Shown here piece by piece: positions 7,858 through 15,940 of a DNA stretch of 64,000 nt (position 1 is the first letter of the stretch; every line of letters starts with the position of its first letter). Source of the stretch: an uncultured Vicinamibacteraceae bacterium (lineage in GTDB: Bacteria > Acidobacteriota > Vicinamibacteria > Vicinamibacterales > UBA8438); the NCBI GenBank assembly GCA_964646815.1, contig CAZYFH010000012.1, positions 16,641-80,640 on the forward strand. Reading direction: 5' to 3'. The notes beneath the pieces are model-generated. The model had not been told where the DNA came from. It saw only the letters and a list, made by a program, of their open reading frames with translations, and ran no database searches. A program made the position numbers and the translations under genes.

Positions 7858-9087
7858 ATGATCCGGAATTACAGCATTCTCGGTTTGGTGGTGCTCGCGG
7901 CGGTCGTCATCGCAGGTGGCGGCATGATGGAAGAGATGCCAGCCGAAGCAGCGATGGCAAATCAGGCGCCCGGCCCGACGACTGGCGACGGCGCTCCGAT
8001 GTTCGAGGTCGATCCCTTCTGGCCGAAGCCGATGCCTAACAACTGGCTGCTTGGCTCGACGATCGGGGTGGCAGTCGATTCGCGCGATCACGTCTGGATC
8101 GTGCACCGCGGCAACCTCAGCGCGAACGAGACGCCGGCCGCCCAGGACCCGGCGCTGGCCGACGAGTGCTGTGCGCCAGCACCGCCCATCCTCGAGTTCG
8201 ATCCTGAGGGCAACCTCGTCGGTCACTGGGGTGGCCCGGGTGAGGGATACGACTGGCCTGATTCCAACCACGGCATCGCCCTCGACAACATGGACAACGT
8301 CTGGATCGGCGGGAATGGCGGCGCCGACTCGCACGTGCTGAAGTTCACGCGGACAGGCGAGTTCCTGCTGCAGGTCGGGGAGCACGATCACGAGGGTCCC
8401 GACAGCCTGTCGACGACCCGGTACTCGCAGGTAGCGAAGGTGAGATACGACGCCTCGGCGAACGAGGTGTACATCGCGGACGGCTATGGCAACAAGCGCG
8501 TCGCGGTCGTCGATGCCGATACCGGCGAACTGAAACGGTTCTGGGGCGCCTACGGCAACGAGCCGAGCGACGCCGCGCTGCCGCGCTACGACCTTGCCGG
8601 CGCACCGGCGCACGGCGCCGTCAGCACCGATAAGTCTGGCACGCCACAGTTCCGGAACCCGGTGCACTGCGCAGATCCCACAAACGATGGGCTCGTCTAC
8701 GCATGCGACCGTCCCGGGAATCGCGTCCAGGTCTTCCAGACCGACGGCACCTTCGTCGAGGAGATCTACCTGAAGACGCAGACCCTCGGTGCGGGAGCCG
8801 TCTGGGACATCGCGTTCTCGCGTGACCCCGACCAGACCTTCGCGTACGTCGCCGATGGGATGAACGAGAAAGTGCACGTCCTGCGCCGCAAGCCGCTCGA
8901 GTACCTTTACAGCTTTGGCCGCGGCGGTCGGATGGCCGGACAGTTCTACGGCACGCACAGCATCGAGACTGACTCGCAGGGGAACATCTACACGACGGAG
9001 ACCTACGAGGGGAAGCGCGTCCAGAAGTTCGTCTACAAGGGGATGGGGAACCCGACGGGCGACATTGGCGTCGCCTGGCCGCAGTAG
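7858..9087 (+). CDS. NHL-repeat six-bladed beta-propeller, peptidyl-alpha-hydroxyglycine alpha-amidating lyase (PAL)-like
   Basis: GGAGG lies 8 nt upstream of ATG 7858, with an N-terminal anchor. Motifs IADGYGNKRVAVVD, DRPGNRVQVFQTDG, VADGMNEKVHVL and TYEGKRVQKF resemble the PAL and NHL blades. Confidence 0.75.
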   Translation: MIRNYSILGLVVLAAVVIAGGGMMEEMPAEAAMANQAPGPTTGDGAPMFEVDPFWPKPMPNNWLLGSTIGVAVDSRDHVWIVHRGNLSANETPAAQDPALADECCAPAPPILEFDPEGNLVGHWGGPGEGYDWPDSNHGIALDNMDNVWIGGNGGADSHVLKFTRTGEFLLQVGEHDHEGPDSLSTTRYSQVAKVRYDASANEVYIADGYGNKRVAVVDADTGELKRFWGAYGNEPSDAALPRYDLAGAPAHGAVSTDKSGTPQFRNPVHCADPTNDGLVYACDRPGNRVQVFQTDGTFVEEIYLKTQTLGAGAVWDIAFSRDPDQTFAYVADGMNEKVHVLRRKPLEYLYSFGRGGRMAGQFYGTHSIETDSQGNIYTTETYEGKRVQKFVYKGMGNPTGDIGVAWPQ

Positions 9088-9121
9088 CCTCCTTGCGGGT
9101 TACCTCGTGACGTCAGTTCAG

Positions 9122-9156
9122 AAAGGCCGGGCGCAACCGCCCGGCCTTTCGTTTGT
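9122..9156 (+). terminator. Intrinsic terminator-like hairpin after the NHL gene
   Basis: Perfect 12-bp stem AAAGGCCGGGCG / CGCCCGGCCTTT with a 4-nt loop, followed by CGTTTGT. Confidence 0.6.
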
Positions 9157-9195
9157 CGAGTCGCGGGTGTCTGGTTTATTGTCGGAGCGGGGCCG

Positions 9196-9687
9196 ATGAC
9201 ACGGGGGAGCAGGATGCGACAGACCGGGTGGTTGCTCGTTGGGGTCGTCGTGGGGATGGTCGGCTGTGGCGCCGAGGCGCCGGCAGGTCCACCGCTGGAC
9301 ATGAGTCATTCCGTCCAAGATCTGATGTCCGGAATGATCGATCCGGCTGCCGACGTCCTATGGGACGCTGTTGGTACTACCTTGGACGTGAACGGCGAGA
9401 CGTATTGGGAGCCGGAAACCGAAGAAGACTGGATTGCCGTCCGGGCCGCAGCGATGACCATCAAGGAGTCGGCCAACCTCTTGATGCTCGGCGATCGGCC
9501 TCGTGATCAAGAAGGGTGGATGCGCCACTCCCGGGAGATGGCTGACGCCGCTGAGGTGGCGCTCCAGGCGGTCGCGGCGCGCGACGCCGACCGGGTATTC
9601 GACGTTGGGGAAACGGTCTACAACACCTGCAACACTTGCCACAGTCTGTACTGGATCGGGGACGAAGAGCGCGGTCGGATTCAGTAG
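9196..9687 (+). CDS. Class II (cytochrome c'-like) c-type cytochrome, lipoprotein
   Basis: LLVGVVVGMVGCGAEA lipobox-like signal and a single CxxCH (CNTCH) close to the C-terminus. Alternative start at ATG 9214. Paralog of 20736..21260. Confidence 0.65.
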   Translation: MTRGSRMRQTGWLLVGVVVGMVGCGAEAPAGPPLDMSHSVQDLMSGMIDPAADVLWDAVGTTLDVNGETYWEPETEEDWIAVRAAAMTIKESANLLMLGDRPRDQEGWMRHSREMADAAEVALQAVAARDADRVFDVGETVYNTCNTCHSLYWIGDEERGRIQ

Positions 9688-9724
9688 ACGATAGCCGGCC
9701 GCGGGCGAGCGCCGTAGCCTGGTC

Positions 9725-10126
9725 CTAACGACATACCGTCGCGTCGAGGCTCTGCGTGCCCGCGTTCCTGGGCGATACGTGCGCCGCGTTCAACAGATAC
9801 AGCCGGTAGGTTCCGGGGTCTCGTCCGGGATTGCCACAAAGCGTCACCTGATCCCCGCGTTGGAGCGCGTAGGCGCTGAGTCCTTGACGCTGAAGCCGTT
9901 CCGCTGCCCGCCACTCGACGGCCCACGTCCGGACGTATCCGTTGTGCTCGTGCACCAGGACGTGGAGTACAGAGTGGGGATTGTCGAACAAGAAGGATTC
10001 CACCTTCCCCTCGATCGTCACCGTCCGCTCGACGTCGTATATCTCCGAGATCGCGTGGTGGGCATGGACCGGGAGGCCTACCAGAATGAGGGCGATCGGA
10101 GCTAGCAAATGCAGGGTCGGTTTCAT
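9725..10126 (-). CDS. Small secreted protein with predicted mature N-terminus HHAISE (unknown family; paralog of 23499..23912)
   Basis: ORF 9725..10177. ATG 10126 gives MKPTLHLLAPIALILVGLPVHA|HHAISEIYD..IEGKV..NPH. About 110 aa mature. Confidence 0.7.
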   Translation of the reverse strand: MKPTLHLLAPIALILVGLPVHAHHAISEIYDVERTVTIEGKVESFLFDNPHSVLHVLVHEHNGYVRTWAVEWRAAERLQRQGLSAYALQRGDQVTLCGNPGRDPGTYRLYLLNAAHVSPRNAGTQSLDATVCR

Positions 10127-10240
10127 GGGTCGTGTTCCACAAAGTCCGAGTCTCGCGGACGCGCCCGTACTCGCCACGTGCGACCGCCAGTCTCGGTATC
10201 ATAGTGTGAAGACGGCCGACACGGTTCCTGAAGTTTGCCT

Positions 10241-10255
10241 GAACTGTTTCAGTTC
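10241..10255. promoter_or_regulatory. Perfect palindrome GAACTG-TTT-CAGTTC in a divergent promoter region
   Basis: Seen between the HH-protein gene (-) and the response regulator gene (+), next to a CCTGAA direct repeat. Its function is unknown. Confidence 0.25.
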
Positions 10256-10342
10256 GGGCAGCCGGCACGTAATGGCCTCGAGCGGATGCCTATCACCACT
10301 TCGCCGTCCTCTGGAACCCCGGTCCGCGCGGACGAGGGGACG

Positions 10343-11035
10343 ATGCGGACGCCACGCGTACTCGTTGTGGAGGACGAGCAAAAGGTCGCTAACGCCCTTC
10401 GTCAGGGGCTAGCGGGCGAGGGCTACGAGGTGGTCTGTGAGTCGTCGGGCGAGTCGGCATTCTTTCGCTTGACGACCGATCACTTCGACGTGGTCCTTCT
10501 CGATCTCACACTGCCAGGGCGGGATGGCCTCGAGATTCTCTCGACGGCGCGCCAGCAAGGTCTCGACACGCCGGTGGTGGTGCTGACAGCGCGAAATGAC
10601 ACGGTGGACCGAGTCCTCGGCCTCGACGCCGGGGCGGATGACTATCTCGTCAAGCCCTTCGCGTTCGCCGAGCTGCTGGCGCGTATTCGCGCCGTCGCCC
10701 GACGCGGGCGGGTCGCCGATTCCGACCGCTTGAGCATCGACACGCTGGAGATCGATCGCGCTCGACGAGCGGTTACGCGTTCCGGCCAGGCGGTGGAGCT
10801 GACTTCCAAGGAGTTCGACTTGTTGCACCACCTCGCACGGTACCCACGACAGGTTGTATCGCGCGATACCCTGGCACGCGAGGTCTGGCGCGAGACGGCG
10901 CGCAGCACGACGCTCGACAACGTCATTGACGTCCATATGTCGAGGCTGCGACGGAAGGTCGACGTTGACCAGCCGGTGAAGCTGATTCATACGGTCCGTG
11001 GCGTCGGGTTTGTGCTGCGCGAGGGAACACCGTGA
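10343..11035 (+). CDS. OmpR-family response regulator, CusR/CopR (heavy-metal) type
   Basis: MRTPRVLVVEDEQKV receiver domain. LVKPFAFAELLARIRAVARRG and a winged-helix C-terminus (IHTVRGVGFVL). Confidence 0.85.
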   Translation: MRTPRVLVVEDEQKVANALRQGLAGEGYEVVCESSGESAFFRLTTDHFDVVLLDLTLPGRDGLEILSTARQQGLDTPVVVLTARNDTVDRVLGLDAGADDYLVKPFAFAELLARIRAVARRGRVADSDRLSIDTLEIDRARRAVTRSGQAVELTSKEFDLLHHLARYPRQVVSRDTLAREVWRETARSTTLDNVIDVHMSRLRRKVDVDQPVKLIHTVRGVGFVLREGTP

Positions 11036-12405
11036 CGCCGCGATGGTTGCCGCACACGCTACGCGTGCGTCTCACGGCGTGGCATGTTTCGGTCATGGTC
11101 GTAGTGCTCGCAATCTATGCGTCCATGGTCCTCCTGATCGTGACACGGAGCGCGTCGACCACACTCGACGGTCAGCTCCGGAGCGATTACCGATGGGCGG
11201 CGGAGATGGCGCTGCAGGGTCCGGACGGGTCGCTGTCGTGGTTTGACGGTGACCCGGGGAGTGAGGGGAGTCCGTGGCTGCAGGTGTGGACGCCCGAGGG
11301 TCGGTTGATCTATCGCACGGCGGTCGCTCAACGATTGCCCGTCCCCGAAAGCGAAGCCTTGGTCGACGGCGCCGACGACGAGATCGTGTCGGTGCCGGCG
11401 GGTCCTGTCCCGTTTCGGCTGCTGGGTGGGCGCACCACGATCGGCGACGAGCCGGTCGTCATCCAGGTCGGCCGTTCGGAAGCGCTCATGCGACGCGAGA
11501 TCAGCGACCTGGCGTTCGTGTTGATTCTTGGATTGCCGCTGAGCGTGGCGGCCGCCGGTGTAGGCGGGTACTACTTGGCGCGGCGCGCCCTGGCGCCGCT
11601 GGATCGGATGACGGATCGCGCTCGGGCGATCACGGCAACACAGCTCAGCGAGCGGTTGCCTATCGGCAATACGAAGGACGAGCTGGGGCGGCTGGCCTCG
11701 GTCTTCAACGAGACCCTGGGTCGACTCGAGTCGTCGTTCAGGCAGATGCGGCGGTTCACGGCCAACGTGTCGCACGAGCTCCGGACGCCGCTCACGGCTA
11801 TTCGGAGCGTCGGCGAGGTTGGCCTGCGCGAGCGTCGCGACGCCGCCGCCTACCGGGCCGTCATTGAGAGCATGCTTGAGGATACCGACCGTTTGACCTG
11901 TCTCATCGATCGGTTGTTGACCGTGTCGCGATCGGACCACAGTGACAAGACGCTCTCGGCCGACGCCATTGACCTCGGCGATCTCGCCGACAACGTGACG
12001 ACGCATCTCGGCGTGCTGGCCGAGGAGAAGCAGCAATCCATGGTCGTCGAGCGCGCAGGTCATCCCACCTGCCACGGCGACCAGATCGTGCTCCGACAGG
12101 CCGTCATCAACCTCGTCGACAACGCCATCAAATACACGCCCGTCGGTGGCGCGATCCGCGTCCGGGTTGCTGAGCTGGCGACCGGCTGCGTCCTGGAAGT
12201 CAGCGACACCGGGCCCGGCATTCCCGAGGGACAGGCGCCACAGATGTTCGACCGACTGTACCGTGGACAGTCGCCCGATGAGCGCGGCGGAAGCGGCCTC
12301 GGGCTCGCCATCGCGCGCTGGGCAGTCGAATCCAATCAGGGTCAGCTGAGCTACGAGCCGCGGAACGGTCGCGGCAGCACGTTTCGCATCGAGCTGCCGA
12401 TTTGA
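11032..12405 (+). CDS. Sensor histidine kinase, CusS-like heavy-metal sensor type
   Basis: GTGA overlap with the regulator gene. Two TM segments, a HAMP domain, H-box FTANVSHELRTPLTAI, and an ATPase G-box GSGLGLAIAR. Confidence 0.85.
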   Translation: MTPRWLPHTLRVRLTAWHVSVMVVVLAIYASMVLLIVTRSASTTLDGQLRSDYRWAAEMALQGPDGSLSWFDGDPGSEGSPWLQVWTPEGRLIYRTAVAQRLPVPESEALVDGADDEIVSVPAGPVPFRLLGGRTTIGDEPVVIQVGRSEALMRREISDLAFVLILGLPLSVAAAGVGGYYLARRALAPLDRMTDRARAITATQLSERLPIGNTKDELGRLASVFNETLGRLESSFRQMRRFTANVSHELRTPLTAIRSVGEVGLRERRDAAAYRAVIESMLEDTDRLTCLIDRLLTVSRSDHSDKTLSADAIDLGDLADNVTTHLGVLAEEKQQSMVVERAGHPTCHGDQIVLRQAVINLVDNAIKYTPVGGAIRVRVAELATGCVLEVSDTGPGIPEGQAPQMFDRLYRGQSPDERGGSGLGLAIARWAVESNQGQLSYEPRNGRGSTFRIELPI

Positions 12406-12592
12406 TCGCGCTCGCGTTGCCGTGCCGGGCGTCCATCCCATCGTCCCTGACGAAAAGTTCATGAACTCTGCAGGGACGTGCCCGCGGGGTGTTCGCTAGA
12501 CTGATCTTCAGTGCGGCGTCGAGTTTGACGCGTTGTCTTGCCTACTCGATCGCTCCAGCCCGCAATGCGGCCGTTCCAGCAACGAGAGAGTG

Positions 12593-15064
12593 ATGATGGA
12601 CTGGATGAGAGCCTTGGATGTCGCGGCGGTGGCGCGACGATCGGCCGCCACGCGATGCGCGGTCGCCGCGGTAATGGTTGGCGTGATGATGGCCGGTTCG
12701 CCACCGCTCTCGGCGGCGCAAGGTGAGGGCGCCGTATCCGGCACGGTCGTCGATCCGCTCGGAATGCGATTGCCGGCGACCGTTTCCCTGCTGCAGGACG
12801 AAGAGGCGGTGAGCGAACAGGATACCGATGCGAACGGCGCCTTCCGGTTTGATGGGCTCGCCGCAGGGCGGTACCGAGTCGAAGGCCGCGCGCTGGGGTT
12901 CGCCGTGGCGGTGTCCCCCACGGTTTTCGTTGGTGCCACCTCCGAGGTGCGTGTCGATCTCTCGCTACAGATCGGCCCGATCGAGCAGCACGTCGTCGTC
13001 ACCGCCGCGGCCGTCGATCTCCCGCAGTCACAAAGCGGGTCGCCAGTTACCGTGATCGACCGCGACTTACTCGAGCAGTTCGGTAAGGCCGACGTGCTTG
13101 AGGTGCTGCGTCTGGTCCCCGGCGCGTCCGTGGTACAGACCGGCGCGCGCGGATCGACGACGTCGATCTTCCTCCGCGGTGGCGGCGGCAATTTTAACAA
13201 GGTGCTGATCGATGGCGTGCCCGCCAACGACATCGGTGGTGCGTTTGACTTCGGTGCCTTCGCGATGGCGGGTGTGGAGCAACTGGAGGTGCTGCGTAGC
13301 GCCAACAGCGTAATTTACGGCCCCGATGCGCTGAGTGGTGTGATCAGCCTCACGACCCGGCGCGGCGATACGCGACGACCGGAGCTGACGTACGCAATCG
13401 ACGGCGGTAACCTGGCGACGGTTCGCAACGAGTTGTCGGTGGGCGGGGTCGCCGGCCGGTTTGACTACTTCCTCGATGTGTCGCGGTTCGACACCGACAA
13501 CGATCTGGCGAACAATGAGTATCGGAACGACTCGGTGGCGGGGCGCTTCGGGGTCAGGCTCGCGCGTGCGACCGATCTGAACGCCACCGTTCGGCACACC
13601 AAGGCCGACCTCGGTCTTCCCGGCGCGGTCCTGTTTAACGGAATCACTAACGACTCGTCCCAGTCGAACGACTTGATGTTCCTGAGCGTCAACGCGCGCT
13701 CGCAGGTCACCAATCGTTTGCAGACCAATGTCCAGTTGTCGTCGATGGACAGTGGCTACCGTTTCGTCGACCCTGCGCCCACCGGCAAGCCGTTCGACCC
13801 GTTCGGGTTTGGCGCCCATTTCCTCGGCGACGAGGTGACGGTCGTCGGCGCGAACGGCTACCAGGCCACAGGGCGAGCAATCCTGGATTTCGGCGGAGTC
13901 TACCCGTTGGTATACGAAGCCAACTCGGCGCGGCGGATGGTGTCCGGACAGGCGGACTACTACGTGAACGAGGCCTTCGACGTGTCGGCCGGTGTCCGAC
14001 TCAACCGCGAGGAGGGCGTCGCGGGAACGTCGGCCACGACCGAGCGTACCAACGTCGGCTCGTTCGTCGAGGCTCGCTGGGCCGTCGGGTACCGGCTCCA
14101 CCTCACCGGGGGCGTCGGGTTTGAACACAACGACCTATTTGGCTACGCGACGACGCCACGGCTCTCGGTGGCGTTCTACGCGCGGCCGCCGTCGCCGACG
14201 GCGACCGGGGCGCTTAGCGACACCAAGCTGACCTTCAACGTCGGGCGTGGCATCAAGGCGCCGGGAGTGTTAGACGAACAATCATCCCTATTTGCGCTGC
14301 TGCCCGGCGTGCCCGGGGGGATCGATCCCGGGGACCGGATCGGGCCGGAACGCAGCCGCAACATCGATGTAGGGATCGAGCAAGCGTTGTGGGGCAGGCG
14401 CGCCCGCGTGCGTGTTGCCTATTTTCACAACGAGTTCGACGATCTGATCGAGTTCGTCAGCAAGTTTGCGCTGCCACAACTCGGCGTGCCCACGGAGGTC
14501 GCCGCGGGGGTGCCGTTTGGCGCAACGGTGAACGCGTCGTCGTACCGGGCCCAGGGAATCGAGACGTCGATCGATCTGTCGGTCGGCGACGTGCGGGTGG
14601 CGGCGTCGTACACCTACGTCGACGCGATCGTCACGGAGTCGTTCTCCGGGAGCGCACTCTTTCCCTCTATCAACCCCGCGTTCCCCGACATCGAGATCGG
14701 TCAGTTCTCTCCGCTCGTTGGTGCCCGCCCGTTCCGGCGTCCTGCCCACTCCGGCAGCCTCTTCGCGTCCTACCTCCGTGGGCCCGCGCAGGTGACGCTC
14801 ACCGGGTACTTCGTCGGCAAGTCCGACGACAGCACGTTCCTCTCGGATGCCTTCTTCGGGCCGTCGCTCCTCTTGCCGAACCGGGACCTCATCGCGGGCT
14901 ATCAGAAGGCTGATTTGAGCGGCTCCTATCGCGTCCACCGTCGGCTGCGATGGTACGCCAGCATCGAGAATCTGCTCGACCAGGGTTACACGGCGGCAGC
15001 CGGCTTCCCGGCGTTGCCGCTCACGTTCCGTAGCGGACTTTCGGTAACGCTCGGGGGCGACTAG
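12593..15064 (+). CDS. TonB-dependent receptor with N-terminal carboxypeptidase-regulatory-like domain
   Basis: ATGATG at 12593 with a signal peptide. GTVVDPLG..DANGAFRFDGLAAGRYRV, plug motifs (ANSVIYGPDALSGVISL), and a long beta-barrel. Confidence 0.85.
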   Translation: MMDWMRALDVAAVARRSAATRCAVAAVMVGVMMAGSPPLSAAQGEGAVSGTVVDPLGMRLPATVSLLQDEEAVSEQDTDANGAFRFDGLAAGRYRVEGRALGFAVAVSPTVFVGATSEVRVDLSLQIGPIEQHVVVTAAAVDLPQSQSGSPVTVIDRDLLEQFGKADVLEVLRLVPGASVVQTGARGSTTSIFLRGGGGNFNKVLIDGVPANDIGGAFDFGAFAMAGVEQLEVLRSANSVIYGPDALSGVISLTTRRGDTRRPELTYAIDGGNLATVRNELSVGGVAGRFDYFLDVSRFDTDNDLANNEYRNDSVAGRFGVRLARATDLNATVRHTKADLGLPGAVLFNGITNDSSQSNDLMFLSVNARSQVTNRLQTNVQLSSMDSGYRFVDPAPTGKPFDPFGFGAHFLGDEVTVVGANGYQATGRAILDFGGVYPLVYEANSARRMVSGQADYYVNEAFDVSAGVRLNREEGVAGTSATTERTNVGSFVEARWAVGYRLHLTGGVGFEHNDLFGYATTPRLSVAFYARPPSPTATGALSDTKLTFNVGRGIKAPGVLDEQSSLFALLPGVPGGIDPGDRIGPERSRNIDVGIEQALWGRRARVRVAYFHNEFDDLIEFVSKFALPQLGVPTEVAAGVPFGATVNASSYRAQGIETSIDLSVGDVRVAASYTYVDAIVTESFSGSALFPSINPAFPDIEIGQFSPLVGARPFRRPAHSGSLFASYLRGPAQVTLTGYFVGKSDDSTFLSDAFFGPSLLLPNRDLIAGYQKADLSGSYRVHRRLRWYASIENLLDQGYTAAAGFPALPLTFRSGLSVTLGGD

Positions 15065-15417
15065 TCAGAGAGTCTGCGTCGCCGCTGCTAAGCTGTACTT
15101 GTGTACCACGACGCCACCACCATGCTCCGCGGGTTGGGCGGGGCGATCTTCGCCTCGACGGCCGGGACCTGGCGCGCGGCGGCGGCGCTGACCGCGGCCT
15201 TCCTCGTCGCTGCGCTCTGGTGGTAACCCGGTCCGGCCTGGAACGGCGAGCGCGCCCACAGCGCGCTCCGGGTCACACACAACCCGACGGCGTCGCTGAT
15301 ACCGGCGATACGCCCGTTGGGCGACCGGTTCGCGCTGGTCTGGAACGAGGATGTCCTGGCCGAGCGGGGCGACCACATCAACGGCGGCCGCTCCGAGATC
15401 GTGTTCGCCTTCGTACC

Positions 15418-15584
15418 CTAAGTGGACTGTAACAGCTCTTTGTAGAGTGATTTCCGACCGGGACGCACCGCGTGCCAGCGGTGTTCCTCGGTCACATATA
15501 CGGAACATGCTCCCTCGTCACGTCTTGCCAGCCTGGCGTCACGGCTCGGACCTCACTCCACAACTGGCTGTCACAGTCCACTAG
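15418..15584. mobile_element. MITE-like element, copy 2 (most divergent)
   Basis: Left end CTAAG+TGGACTGTAACAG; right end CTGTCACAGTCCA+CTAG (TIR 12/13). The core shares GGTCACATA..CGG...GCTCCCTCGTCACGTCTTGCCAGCC with copy 1. Confidence 0.6.
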
Positions 15585-15940
15585 CAGCCCGTGGTGAGTC
15601 CCGCATCGCGCCGAGACCGGGATGTGGCCTGCCCCCGCCCTGATAAGGCGCGCGGAGGGAGAATACTCGCCTACTTGACCGACGCGCACCGCCGTCAGGC
15701 GTCATGCAGCGCCGGTCGAGTGCAGCGCGACTTTGACCACGGGCTGCTAGGGCCCCCGATCGCCTTCGACGCCCTCGCGCCCCGGCTGATGATTCTCTTC
15801 TGTGCCAGGCCAGCTCGGACTGCCTGAAGCAGAATTCATGATTTCTTCAGGGATGCGAGGCCGTTCGGTCCAATAGACTCCGTTCCAGGTCGATCGGGTT
15901 CGCACAGGGCGAGACGCAGACTTACGAACAGTGAGGATAC

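Noticed and set aside
12406-12592. Riboswitch (for example cobalamin) or other leader upstream of the TonB-dependent receptor genes (also 15585-15940)
   Set aside because: I could not find a B12-box (GCCACTG-like) or the conserved cobalamin core. Only a generic hairpin is present (GTCCCTG..CAGGGAC, about 12450-12484). A covariance-model scan would be needed to exclude it fully.
15065-15508. ORF 15065..15508 (-) as a real gene
   Set aside because: It runs through the MITE-like copy 2 terminus. It is Arg/Gly-rich with no motif and lies antisense to a more plausible, though broken, plus-strand frame.
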